A stretch of 64,000 nucleotides of DNA from IMG/VR virus record IMGVR_UViG_3300032222_000151, positions 1 to 64,000 of that record. One strand, written 5' to 3'. The DNA is from a virus. Shown piece by piece: positions 34,094 to 43,616 of this stretch (position 1 is the first letter of the stretch; every line of letters starts with the position of its first letter). A program made the position numbers and the translations under genes. Below the pieces are notes generated by a model. That model was not told the origin of the DNA, made no database searches, and was given only the letters and a program-made list of their open reading frames with translations.

Positions 34094-35539
34094 CTACCTT
34101 CCATTTATAGCATTGATAATATGATCAGCAAAGTCTTCATAAAACTTTGAACTATTTATGGACAAAAACTTGTTCAGTGATTGATCAAAATTTCCAGAAA
34201 CTGAGTAGTCAATAATAAACTTATCAACCTTTTCTGCATCATGATTTAAGAATAAAGACTCTACAGCCATCATACCCAAAGAATATCCAGCCTGATTTTT
34301 AAAACAAAAGTCTTCATCCTTTTCTATTCTTTTTAATGTATCTACCCACTGTGTTTTTGATAGGTCTCTGTACCCTGGAACAAACTTTGTTAACTGAAGC
34401 ATTTGGCCATTTCGATATGTTAGCATGTTAGAGTATCTGGATGCCATAGCAAATCCAATAAGGTTTGCTTGCCCTTCAACTATCCAGCAATTTGGGTAGC
34501 CATTTTTAAATGTCAAAACTTGATACATGTGAACGGCCTCATGCTCTGCAATCATGTCGTGTTCTTGTGTCCACTGTGATTTTGAGCCAACCATTGTGTA
34601 AAAAATTGGATTCTTTGTGTTAGAGTTTCCATATGAGCATAGAGAAGTAGAAGATATAAAGCACTTTCCACTATCCCACCAAGATGTCCAGTCGTAATCG
34701 TCAATCTCTAAAGACTTTTTGACATACCAAGGCTTTTCATTCTCATTCATAAATACCCATCTGATCTTTTTGCCTGAATCAAAAGAGTAAGAGTTGATTG
34801 CTTTTTCATACTTATTAATAATATATTCAACCTTAGATGAATCCACATCTGGACTCTTAATAACTGTTATAGAAAAATTATTTTTATGGTTATAGTGGTT
34901 TGTTATTTTGCTATAAATTTTTTCTAATGTAGTTGGCTCTTGAACCTTTGTGGTTACTGGAGCAGGAATTGTTGCAATGGTGGTAGGTGTTGGGCTTGGC
35001 TTTCTAAAACTTAAATTAAAGTTTTGATGCCAAACTAAAACGTTGTCCTTATACATGCACAATAATTCGCCCTGAGAGTTTTCTATTCTATCCAAATAAG
35101 AAGGGCATGGCTGCATACTTCTTGGATCTAAGGCTATTCTAAGTTCAGTTGCCTCTTCTAAAGTCATAGGCTTTTTATTTGATGACTCGTCAGGTGTAGG
35201 TGTTGGTGTTGGCACAACTGGCGCAGGTGATGGTGTTGGTGTTGGCGTAGGAACCACTGGCGCAGGTGTAGGTGTAGGTGTTTCTACAGCAGTTGTTTCT
35301 TTTGTTGGAATAGGGCAGCACAAAGGACACTGACAAGACCCAAGAGTTCCTTTTGGCTTAACTGAGTTATCTTTTGTCCAAACAAGTTTACCATTTTTCT
35401 TGTGGCACACATACTGTACACCACTCACCTTTTTTGTTTTGCTATGTGTAAAGCACTTTGATCCCTCAACCTTTGTAGCCCCATAGGATGACGCTGGGAA
35501 AAGCAAAGAAACAAAAACAATAAAAACAACCTTCTTCAT
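34094..35539 (-). CDS. secreted Pro/Thr-rich protein with HEXXH (zincin-like) domain
   Basis: Signal peptide, GSKC...YVC.KKNGKLVW module, PTPTP linkers, HEAVH...WIVEG.A. Confidence 0.75.
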   Translation of the reverse strand: MKKVVFIVFVSLLFPASSYGATKVEGSKCFTHSKTKKVSGVQYVCHKKNGKLVWTKDNSVKPKGTLGSCQCPLCCPIPTKETTAVETPTPTPAPVVPTPTPTPSPAPVVPTPTPTPDESSNKKPMTLEEATELRIALDPRSMQPCPSYLDRIENSQGELLCMYKDNVLVWHQNFNLSFRKPSPTPTTIATIPAPVTTKVQEPTTLEKIYSKITNHYNHKNNFSITVIKSPDVDSSKVEYIINKYEKAINSYSFDSGKKIRWVFMNENEKPWYVKKSLEIDDYDWTSWWDSGKCFISSTSLCSYGNSNTKNPIFYTMVGSKSQWTQEHDMIAEHEAVHMYQVLTFKNGYPNCWIVEGQANLIGFAMASRYSNMLTYRNGQMLQLTKFVPGYRDLSKTQWVDTLKRIEKDEDFCFKNQAGYSLGMMAVESLFLNHDAEKVDKFIIDYSVSGNFDQSLNKFLSINSSKFYEDFADHIINAINGR

Positions 35540-35724
35540 TAGAACTCCTTTATTTTAAATACTACCTGGCAAGGATCTCCGCCAGACTCCCACTCTTCTT
35601 GCTCTTCATCGCTCATGTATGGATCTCCATCATGTGTATTACAGAATGGCTCTGTAATCCATCCACGATCAATACCATTATTTATCCATATCTCAAACTC
35701 TAAAGAATCATCGTCGCTTATCAT
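35539..35724 (-). CDS. conserved hypothetical protein
   Basis: GIDRGWI...FC.THDG...GGDPC; leaderless. Confidence 0.75.
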   Translation of the reverse strand: MISDDDSLEFEIWINNGIDRGWITEPFCNTHDGDPYMSDEEQEEWESGGDPCQVVFKIKEF

Positions 35725-35739
35725 ATAATAATTATACCT

Positions 35740-36264
35740 TTAAGCACTGATGATGTCAACTGGACCCATGCAGGATGGGTTAAATTTTATTGCAGCATTT
35801 ACTGCTTGGTTAACTCTGTTTCTTGCATTTTTTTGTTTATCTGTTGCATATAGCACACCATAGGCATACTCTGCTCCAGAACCTATTGCAAGATACGGAA
35901 GCATATATTTTGATAGTGACATGTCACCAGTTGAATGTTCGTAGATCTCACCACGAACAGCAATAATTAGCCCTAAGTCTCCATCTTTAGATGTATCAAC
36001 CCAGAACTCATTATAAAATTCTTTAAGTTCTTTAATAAACCTTGTCTGCATAAACTTATCTGTATCTTTAATATTAGGTGGTGTTGGTTTAAAGTTATAA
36101 CGGATTCTTTCTCCGTCCATTGATCCAGCATACCCAATTAAGTATGGGCCAATCTTCCAAACCTTTGGAGCAGTAAGTGCTAGAATAGTCCCATCATCTG
36201 ATGCTCCACGATCTCCAGCCATATAAATCTTATCTTCATGGCGTAAAGCAACAATACAGGTCAT
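35740..36264 (-). CDS. Ntn-hydrolase, HslV/proteasome beta-subunit-like
   Basis: N-terminal MTCIVA...AGD, K, GYAGS, AIGSG..YA.G. Confidence 0.85.
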   Translation of the reverse strand: MTCIVALRHEDKIYMAGDRGASDDGTILALTAPKVWKIGPYLIGYAGSMDGERIRYNFKPTPPNIKDTDKFMQTRFIKELKEFYNEFWVDTSKDGDLGLIIAVRGEIYEHSTGDMSLSKYMLPYLAIGSGAEYAYGVLYATDKQKNARNRVNQAVNAAIKFNPSCMGPVDIISA

Positions 36265-36325
36265 GACAAAGCCCTCTCCAGATAGGTGATACTCAAGTAT
36301 ACCATTACCCAGAGAGGGCTGTCAA
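36265..36325 (-). promoter_or_regulatory. Promoter embedded in an RBS-sequestering hairpin
   Basis: TTGACA-18-TATACT; the spacer GACAGCCCTCTC is complementary to the leader GAGAGGGCTTTGTC. Confidence 0.7.
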
Positions 36326-36341
36326 CTACCGTCAATAATGA

Positions 36342-36629
36342 CTAATTAGCCTTTTTGTCTACCGTCTTAAACGCATCATTGATCTCTGCCAATGTGAGTT
36401 TTCCATCGTCCAAAAAAGCCCTTGCCAGTCTTTCAATGACTGTTGCTACTCCTAATAGTCCTGCTAAGAATACTGCCTGTATTGTGTCAATTCCAACCAC
36501 TGCTCCAGCACCAAGTACTGATAGACCAGATGCTGCGAAGACTGCTACGATTCTCATCAAGATATTTGTTATTGCTTTCTGTGGGTGCTCTTTCTTTGGA
36601 GCCTCTACTACCTTTTTTCTAGTCGCCAT
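36342..36629 (-). CDS. membrane protein (holin-like)
   Basis: Two TM segments; DDGKLT..EIN.AF. Confidence 0.65.
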   Translation of the reverse strand: MATRKKVVEAPKKEHPQKAITNILMRIVAVFAASGLSVLGAGAVVGIDTIQAVFLAGLLGVATVIERLARAFLDDGKLTLAEINDAFKTVDKKAN

Positions 36630-36630
36630 T

Positions 36631-36837
36631 TTAGTCCTCCTTTCTTAGTGGGATTGTAATTAGCCAGACTACTGTGGTTGCAAGTACTGCAATACCAACA
36701 ATGTCTCTTGCTGATCCCGTCAAAGTTAGCCATGCGATGAAGAAGCCAAGGAGAGTAAAGGCTTGTGCAATCACTTCCACCCCTGCATCTTTAAGCCATG
36801 TGAAGAATCCCTTCACAACCTTTTTGATTATTTTCAT
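36631..36837 (-). CDS. membrane protein
   Basis: FTLLGFFIAWLTLTGSAR. Confidence 0.7.
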   Translation of the reverse strand: MKIIKKVVKGFFTWLKDAGVEVIAQAFTLLGFFIAWLTLTGSARDIVGIAVLATTVVWLITIPLRKED

Positions 36838-36839
36838 TT

Positions 36840-38927
36840 TTACCTCCTCATCCCAATCATTACATTTGCAATCTGTGAAACAATGATTACTGGGATAATG
36901 ACTTCTTGGGCTTTTTCTCTCTGATCGTCTGTCATGTCCATACCCAACTCAGAAAAATTGGATAGGAGTTCTGTAACATCTACACTGAATACTGCACCCA
37001 GTGGATCTGCTAAGAATGCTTCTGTTTGTACTTCTGTTACTGCATCTGCTAATGTAAATGGCATTGGAGTTTCTCCTGCATCCCCTGCTCTATCTGCGAA
37101 TTCAACAAACGCTTCTGCAAGTGCAGGGTTGTCCTTCATCTGCTCAGCAATCTGTGCAACTTCTGATGCTTTAATACCAAGGTCTCCAGCAATTTCTGCC
37201 TTTGCTTCTTGTGTCAAAGACTTTAGGGTTTGGCTAACTGCTGCTATTTGCTCTGGAGAAAGTGTAACTAACTTATTATCCTTGCTTGTAAGGTTAGCAA
37301 TAACTCCAGATAGATCTTCTGCTGTTCCTGTACCCTTTTCAGGAATGAGTGCAGAAAGTTCTTCATCCTTTATTTCAGGATTCTTCGTTGGCTCTGGTAT
37401 TGGTTCTGGCAATGGTTCTGGAGAAGGCTCAACTGTAGGCTCTGTTTCAGGAGCAGGGGTTGGTTGTGGTTCTGGTGTAGGTTCTGGATCCACTGTTGGC
37501 TCTGGCTTAGACTCTTCTGTAGGTGGTGCTTCTGGAGTAGGTTCTGGGCTTGGAGCAGGGGTAGGTGGTGTCTCTGCTGTAGGCTCAGGTGAAGGTGCTG
37601 GACTTGGTGCTACTGAAGGCTCTGGAGTAGGCTGTGGCTGTGGCATATTTGCAAGGGCAGTAGCAATAGCAGCATTAATTCTTTGCTTCTCTTCAAAATC
37701 CCATTGAGAAATATACTCTTCTTCTGCAGCAGTAATAGCATCATTCATATCCTCAATTGCGTTGTTGTAGTTTTCAATAGCACTATCTTTTGCTGCTAAT
37801 GTTAAAGCAGTGTTCAGTTGTGCAATTTCATATGTCGTTTCTGCTTGATCTTTTTCGTCTTGTGCTAATTCTAAATCATCTTGTAACTCATTTAGTGTTG
37901 CAACCTCTTGGTTATAAACAGATAACTTATCGTTATAAACTGCCAGAGCAGATGTTCTTGCTGCAAGTGCTTCGTTGTAATCATCTATTTGTGACTGAGT
38001 TGCACCTGGTCCTGATGAAAATGTTCCAAGATTACAACTAAACCCTACTCCCCATCCACCAGTGTAGTCGCATCCTGCTCCAGTCCAACCTCCAGGTATT
38101 GCCCATCCAAGATGATATGATCCTGGGCCTCCACCGTTGTACCACCAAATTTCTACATCCAATGTTTTATCTTGGCTTACATCATATACTGGTGAATAGT
38201 TGCTCCATCTTACCCCTTGTTCTACCCAGTTGTTGATTGCAAGTTGTCCGTCAATGAACATTCTAAAACCATCATCTGTGTACCCTGCAAAATAGGTTGA
38301 TGTCCAGTGGTCTGGGACTGTTATCTTTCCAGTAAACTTAACAATAATGTTTTCATATCTACCACATACTGGAAGGTTCATAGAGTTTGAGTTCCAAGTA
38401 CCAGTACATATAACAGAGCCAGGCACTGCCTGACTGCCATTTCTTAAAAGATTGTACACAGTATATTCTAATCCTGGACCTCCAGCAGCCTGCATATTAG
38501 ACTGTGTTGTTTGAAGATTAAGGTTGGCTATGGATAAGACTTCTTGGGCATCATCTTTGTTTGTTAAGGATAAAGCAACTGTGGCTGTTTGTCCATCTAC
38601 TGAGGACTGGGCTAAGGAAAGGTTTGATATTTTTGTGTTGAGGGTTGATAGGGATTCTGCTTCTGTCTCTACTGCTTCATCATATGACTCTTCTGCTGAG
38701 ATTTTGTTATCCCTGGCAGTTACGGCATCATCATACTTCCCCTGTGCCACATCAATAAGGGACACCAACTCAGCACTATCATTAAGGTCTGAGACCTTTT
38801 CATTAAGGGCTTCTATCCTCTGGGCACCTACTGTTATAGGGTCGTCAGAATGAGCCTCTGTAGGGGCTATTAGGAGCCATCCAAAGGCTAATACTGTGGC
38901 TGTTACTATTCTTAATAATTGCTTTAT
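36840..38927 (-). CDS. secreted/membrane-anchored PA14-domain protein with coiled coils and Pro-rich linker; probable AUA start
   Basis: PA14 motif DDGFRMFIDG..I.NW...YNGGG. Frame is open upstream to a signal peptide starting at ATA (38927) after an AGGGGG SD. Confidence 0.75.
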   Translation of the reverse strand: MKQLLRIVTATVLAFGWLLIAPTEAHSDDPITVGAQRIEALNEKVSDLNDSAELVSLIDVAQGKYDDAVTARDNKISAEESYDEAVETEAESLSTLNTKISNLSLAQSSVDGQTATVALSLTNKDDAQEVLSIANLNLQTTQSNMQAAGGPGLEYTVYNLLRNGSQAVPGSVICTGTWNSNSMNLPVCGRYENIIVKFTGKITVPDHWTSTYFAGYTDDGFRMFIDGQLAINNWVEQGVRWSNYSPVYDVSQDKTLDVEIWWYNGGGPGSYHLGWAIPGGWTGAGCDYTGGWGVGFSCNLGTFSSGPGATQSQIDDYNEALAARTSALAVYNDKLSVYNQEVATLNELQDDLELAQDEKDQAETTYEIAQLNTALTLAAKDSAIENYNNAIEDMNDAITAAEEEYISQWDFEEKQRINAAIATALANMPQPQPTPEPSVAPSPAPSPEPTAETPPTPAPSPEPTPEAPPTEESKPEPTVDPEPTPEPQPTPAPETEPTVEPSPEPLPEPIPEPTKNPEIKDEELSALIPEKGTGTAEDLSGVIANLTSKDNKLVTLSPEQIAAVSQTLKSLTQEAKAEIAGDLGIKASEVAQIAEQMKDNPALAEAFVEFADRAGDAGETPMPFTLADAVTEVQTEAFLADPLGAVFSVDVTELLSNFSELGMDMTDDQREKAQEVIIPVIIVSQIANVMIGMRR

Positions 38928-38985
38928 TTGCCTTCCCCCTCGCAGACCTGATGTCTGATAGGATGATTATACCATTTTATTGCAC

Positions 38986-39018
38986 AAAAAAGGGGCTACC
39001 ACAATTGGCAACCCCTTT
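38986..39018 (-). terminator. intrinsic terminator
   Basis: AGGGGTTGCC/GGTAGCCCCT followed by a T tract. Confidence 0.8.
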
Positions 39019-39031
39019 AGTGTTGGATTAA

Positions 39032-40159
39032 TTACTTAAGCAAAGAAACCTTTGCCTTTGGATTCTTCTTGTTCCACTGAAGAGCCAACTTATTGAATGC
39101 AGCCTTCATTGACTTAAGTGCTGCAGCATTGTCTGCAGCCAACTTAGCAATCTGTGCATCCTTAACAGCAAGTGCTGCATCTGAAGCAACCTTTGCATCT
39201 GCTAGTGCCTTTGCTGAAGCAGCCTTTTCTGCTGCAAGTGCAGCATCTGAAACAACCTTAGCAGCAGCAGCATCCGCTGCAGCCTTAACTACTGCAGCAT
39301 CTGCAACAGCCTTAGCAGCAAGTGCTGCATCCTTTGCAGCCTTTTCAGCAGCAAGTTCTGATACTAGATCACGAACTGCAATCTCTGCAAATGGTGCTAG
39401 TGTTGGAGCAGTCAAACCTACTACTGCACCTGCAACTGCATCTGATGATGTTGTTGGAGCAAATGTAATAAGTGATCGTGTTCCTGTTGTTGGAAGAGTT
39501 GCCTTAAAGGTTGCTGTTCCAAAGTCTGAAAGTGTAGCACCAGTTGTTACTGTTGCTGTGTCTAGTACTGCTGTTGCAGCAAATACTGTTGCTGTAATTG
39601 ACTTACCAGATACCTTGTTACCAAATGCATCTGTTGCAGTTACAACGATGTCCTGCTTAGTTCCTGCTGCACCTGCTGAAGGTGCTGAAACTGTTAGGTT
39701 GTTGATCTTACCAGCAGTACCCTGTACATAGTATGTAAGAGTTGTTCCGCCATTGTTGATTACAACGGTACCAATTGCTGTTGTCTTTGTGTATACAAAG
39801 AATGTTGCAGTTGTTCCAGTGCCTGTTGCAATTGTCAAAGATGATGATCCTGACGATGCTCCGACTGGTGCTGCTGATGTGTGTAGTGCAGATACGATTG
39901 TTGCATTAGTTGCTACTGCAGAAACTGATGTTCCTGCTGCTACTGTTGCTACAAAACGCAATGCATCTCCTGCATCAATTGTGTTGTCTGCTGGGACTGG
40001 TAGTGTAGCAGGAGTAGCAATTACACCATTAGTTGTATTTGCTGTTCCATCTAGTGTTACTGCTACCGTCATTACTGTAGCATTTGCAGGTGCTACTGCG
40101 ACCATGCCCAAAGTCATGGCTGCAACCATGGCTAGTGCGATTTTCTTAAATGAGTTCAT
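39032..40159 (-). CDS. secreted Ala/Thr-rich Ig-like surface protein with C-terminal coiled coil
   Basis: MNSFKKIAL signal peptide, TATDAFGN, Ala-rich helical tail; strongly biased codons. Confidence 0.75.
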   Translation of the reverse strand: MNSFKKIALAMVAAMTLGMVAVAPANATVMTVAVTLDGTANTTNGVIATPATLPVPADNTIDAGDALRFVATVAAGTSVSAVATNATIVSALHTSAAPVGASSGSSSLTIATGTGTTATFFVYTKTTAIGTVVINNGGTTLTYYVQGTAGKINNLTVSAPSAGAAGTKQDIVVTATDAFGNKVSGKSITATVFAATAVLDTATVTTGATLSDFGTATFKATLPTTGTRSLITFAPTTSSDAVAGAVVGLTAPTLAPFAEIAVRDLVSELAAEKAAKDAALAAKAVADAAVVKAAADAAAAKVVSDAALAAEKAASAKALADAKVASDAALAVKDAQIAKLAADNAAALKSMKAAFNKLALQWNKKNPKAKVSLLK

Positions 40160-40179
40160 TTAATGTATTCCTTTTCTGT

Positions 40180-41976
40180 TTATAGTGTTTTTAGTCCGTC
40201 CAAATAGTCTTTTATGTCTTCTATTTGGCTAGGTTTATATTGTATCACATTGCGACTTTCCAAGTCAAATTGCTCTTCTGGAGTCTTTGGTCTGTCCTTA
40301 AAAGTGTGAACCTCTACTTCAGTGTCTACATTTTTTGGAGTATGTGATATTGCTCCAAATATTGCCCCACACACCGCATCTGCTAAGTCCTTAGATTTTT
40401 TGCGGGGGTGGTCAACTCTATCATTTTTCATAATCTTTAATTGTGTTAGTTCATCAAATAATAAATCAATTGCAGGCATAGCAAGTCTTTCCTCATACAC
40501 GAGCATAGCCATATCCTCGTAGTGCTTTTTAGCAACAGAAACAGTATCAGTTTTCATTCCTACCTGCTTCAACTCATTTTGAATATCAAATGACTGCCAA
40601 CGGTCAAAAGAAACCATGCCAATATCAAACCCAAGTCTTCTAAGGTTCTGGATCCACTGCTTTACTTCAGATAGATTAACTGGACCTTCAATCTTTGGTT
40701 CCCACCATGCTACTGCATCCACTACAACTATAGGTGCTACCTGTTCGTAATTGTTAATTACTTGAATATTTACCCATTTTTCTACATGTGCAATTGCTAC
40801 CGCACACTTATCGTGCTTCTGTGCAAGGTCAGCATGAACATAATATTTTTTAGTTGGGTCTGGCTTAAATGCTTCATCAAACCTTTTAAAATTATCTACT
40901 GGGTTTCTTAGTGTCATGCATGCTCTTACTTTTTCTGCTTGTTTAAAGAATGCATCTGATGCAAATGTTGGGACACAAGCAAAACGCATCATAGCATCTC
41001 CAAGGTCTGTTAAAAATGCAATCATAAAATCATCAATCTTGCGTGTTGGGTTTACTTCCCATGTAGGTCTTTTTAGTGCAAACACTCCTGGATATTTGTA
41101 TGATGTGATTTGATCTTCATCCCAGGAAATTTCAAAGGTGTTGTCTGGGCTATTTTCTGGAAGTAGTGGATTGATAATAAACTTGTGTGTTCTTTCTATG
41201 ATCTCTTTTTCAGCAATAACATCTTCGTATCTTTCTGAAATAAAGTCACCTGGGTATCGTGGAAATGAAAGCAAAACAACCTTACCAAGGTCTGGAAAAC
41301 GAGAGTCTACTGATCCACGGAAAGCCTTGTATATGTTGTCAGCAGTCTTACCCTGCTCGTTACCTGTTCCAACCTCAGATGCAAAACCAGAAATCTCGTC
41401 AAGAACTGCAAGCAAAAGGTTTAAACCCTCATGTGATTCACGCTCTGAGTGACCAGAGTACACTGTAATAGATTTATCAAACTCAACTGAGTCTGCTTTA
41501 GCATTGTACTTTCCTGCAAACCAAGGGGATCTTTCAATCTTAGACTTAAAGCCTTTAAAGAAAACATTCTTAGCCTGTTGAGCGTTAATAGCCACATTGA
41601 TAAGGTCGATAGCATCTCCAGATGGCTTGCCGAAATACTTTGCTGGATCTTTAAGGCATAAAAGTTTGTATACGATATATGAGCAGGCTACGGTTGATGT
41701 AAAGTCTTTTCCAGATCCCTTGCCAAGTTGCAAAATGATTTCATTCTTTGTGTACTTATTGTAGTACTTAGATCCTTCTTCTTCCCCCATAATGTTTATC
41801 AGGTCTTCTTTACGATAGATCTGACTCATGGCTTCTACAATGTCGTATTGAATGTCAGAAAGTGGTGGCTGTCCAAGGTATGCTTCACCTTCGACAAATG
41901 TTCTTGCATCTACGGGAGTCTCTTCAAAGTGATCGTCTTGAAGTGCTTCAAGAAACTCATTGAACATCGTGGACAA
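40180..41976 (-). CDS. terL: terminase large subunit
   Basis: GKGSGKD Walker A, VLDE Walker B, LSFPR, HADLA, FDRWQS, SKDLADAV. Confidence 0.9.
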   Translation of the reverse strand: MSTMFNEFLEALQDDHFEETPVDARTFVEGEAYLGQPPLSDIQYDIVEAMSQIYRKEDLINIMGEEEGSKYYNKYTKNEIILQLGKGSGKDFTSTVACSYIVYKLLCLKDPAKYFGKPSGDAIDLINVAINAQQAKNVFFKGFKSKIERSPWFAGKYNAKADSVEFDKSITVYSGHSERESHEGLNLLLAVLDEISGFASEVGTGNEQGKTADNIYKAFRGSVDSRFPDLGKVVLLSFPRYPGDFISERYEDVIAEKEIIERTHKFIINPLLPENSPDNTFEISWDEDQITSYKYPGVFALKRPTWEVNPTRKIDDFMIAFLTDLGDAMMRFACVPTFASDAFFKQAEKVRACMTLRNPVDNFKRFDEAFKPDPTKKYYVHADLAQKHDKCAVAIAHVEKWVNIQVINNYEQVAPIVVVDAVAWWEPKIEGPVNLSEVKQWIQNLRRLGFDIGMVSFDRWQSFDIQNELKQVGMKTDTVSVAKKHYEDMAMLVYEERLAMPAIDLLFDELTQLKIMKNDRVDHPRKKSKDLADAVCGAIFGAISHTPKNVDTEVEVHTFKDRPKTPEEQFDLESRNVIQYKPSQIEDIKDYLDGLKTL

Positions 41977-42493
41977 CTGTAATCACCTCGTTGTCTTTTG
42001 CAAATGAAGAAAGTCTACGCATAATTTCATCACGAACCTGTGGGTACTCTGAGGCAATATCTTTTAGAATAAGAACAAGAATTTCTTGACGCTTTTCAAT
42101 TTCCATCATCTCTTCTGCAAGTTCCTTGTTTTCAAGAAGGCCAGCCTTTTGCAGCATATCAATACGCTTAGACTCGATATCCATTACAAGTTTAATGGCT
42201 GCAGTCTTTGCGCTAAGATTGTTAGTCATAGATGCTTCATCAATAACTTCGTATGTACGAGACACTAACTTGCTGTAGTGTGTGTCTGCTGCTGCTAATG
42301 CTTCTTTGGCACGAGCACGGATTGCATCATTAGCAGATGCCATAACCTTCCACTCATTAATAAGTGTTACAACCTTTTGTCTTGGTATGGCGAGTTGCTT
42401 TGAAATTACTGTTGGATCATTGCCCTTTAAGTATTCTTCTACAACTTGATTAACCTGATCAAGGTGTTTGACTAAATCATCTTCAGTCGACAT
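41957..42493 (-). CDS. putative terminase small subunit / HTH protein
   Basis: N-terminal HTH, helical; immediately upstream of terL. Confidence 0.6.
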   Translation of the reverse strand: MSTEDDLVKHLDQVNQVVEEYLKGNDPTVISKQLAIPRQKVVTLINEWKVMASANDAIRARAKEALAAADTHYSKLVSRTYEVIDEASMTNNLSAKTAAIKLVMDIESKRIDMLQKAGLLENKELAEEMMEIEKRQEILVLILKDIASEYPQVRDEIMRRLSSFAKDNEVITVVHDVQ

Positions 42494-42755
42494 GATTTAA
42501 CTCCCTTGCAATCTTTAAAAGGATTAAGTATCCTATTAGATCATCAATATCGTTATCACCAATAAAGGATCCTCCACGAGTGATGCGAGACAACTTGTCA
42601 TCTATTCTTACATGAAGTTGTTCTACACTATCAGATGTAGAAAAAATTCTAACTGGATTCAAAGCAGAATCTCCGTATGATTTATTTTTTGCAATAAGCA
42701 TTGCCTTTATCTCATCACAAACTTGACCTATGGTAAATTGTGTTTCAGTGCTCAT
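42483..42755 (-). CDS. nucleotide-modification-associated domain (DUF1599/Nmad1-like)
   Basis: KNKSYGDS, RIDDKLSR, DLIGY. Confidence 0.75.
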   Translation of the reverse strand: MSTETQFTIGQVCDEIKAMLIAKNKSYGDSALNPVRIFSTSDSVEQLHVRIDDKLSRITRGGSFIGDNDIDDLIGYLILLKIARELNHVD

Positions 42756-43336
42756 GCTGCCACCATATTAAAATAATTCTTATATTTTTGATAAGGAATA
42801 ACATTTGGATCAACCCACCAGTCTTCGTGTGGAAGTCTAACAACTAAAGAATATCCCAAAGCATTTAAGATTTCTCTTTGTGCATCTCTCATCGCTTCAT
42901 TCTTATATTCAATTAGCGTATCATGCTCGAAAGATATTACAGAGAATCTGTAAGTGTTAAGTGGAATTGCTAAAAGCCCAAGAAGCGACAAGGAAGGATT
43001 TCCAACTGCACGGCCTAGGTTATCGTATCCAGCATCTATGTCTACCTGAAGAAAATCTATTTGATTTGGAAAATTGTTTTCTTCAAAGTACTTTATATAA
43101 TTAAACTTTGTTGCATCTCCAAGCATACATGGGTTCTTTCTGTTTGCAGTGATCTCTTTGTGAAATTCATCTATGATCTCAAAGGAAACGCCTTTCCAGT
43201 CAAACTCTGTTTCAAATTTGTATGTAGTGCTTCCCTGTGTTGAGTGAAAGGCACCAAGTTCTACATAGTGTCCTTCTCTCTTGTTGTCTAAAACCTCTAG
43301 AACAAAATCTTCAACCTTATCAATATGATTCATCAT
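42752..43336 (-). CDS. FkbM-like methyltransferase, paralog of 5124
   Basis: YVELGA, WKGVSFEI, DAT, IDFLQVDID, FEHD, EDWWVDP. Confidence 0.8.
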   Translation of the reverse strand: MMNHIDKVEDFVLEVLDNKREGHYVELGAFHSTQGSTTYKFETEFDWKGVSFEIIDEFHKEITANRKNPCMLGDATKFNYIKYFEENNFPNQIDFLQVDIDAGYDNLGRAVGNPSLSLLGLLAIPLNTYRFSVISFEHDTLIEYKNEAMRDAQREILNALGYSLVVRLPHEDWWVDPNVIPYQKYKNYFNMVAA

Positions 43337-43456
43337 TTTCCTCTTCTTCTAGATCCCATGAAAGCGTGTCTGGAATATTTTTTAACATTACAATAAAGTA
43401 TGTAATTCCTGCTGCAGACATTAGTGTAAACAAAAACATTAGTCTCTTTAGTTTCT

Positions 43457-43612
43457 TCATCGCTTAGACTTCCTTAATCCAAATTTAGCAAGGTAGACAT
43501 AGATGGTTTCTAGACTCACTCCACACTCCTTTGCGATTTCCTCTGGTGACCTTTTATCCATAAGGTATCTCTTACGCATATAGACTTCACTTGTATATAG
43601 TTTAGCAGCCAT
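43457..43612 (-). CDS. small HTH DNA-binding protein (51 aa)
   Basis: SPEEIAKECGVSLETIYVYL. Confidence 0.75.
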   Translation of the reverse strand: MAAKLYTSEVYMRKRYLMDKRSPEEIAKECGVSLETIYVYLAKFGLRKSKR

Positions 43613-43616
43613 GATA

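Noticed and set aside
36934-37707. Long + strand ORFs opposite repetitive genes (also 39093-39731, 39753-40163, 62539-62883)
   Set aside because: Antisense shadows of biased Pro/Ala/Thr codons, with no RBS or motifs.
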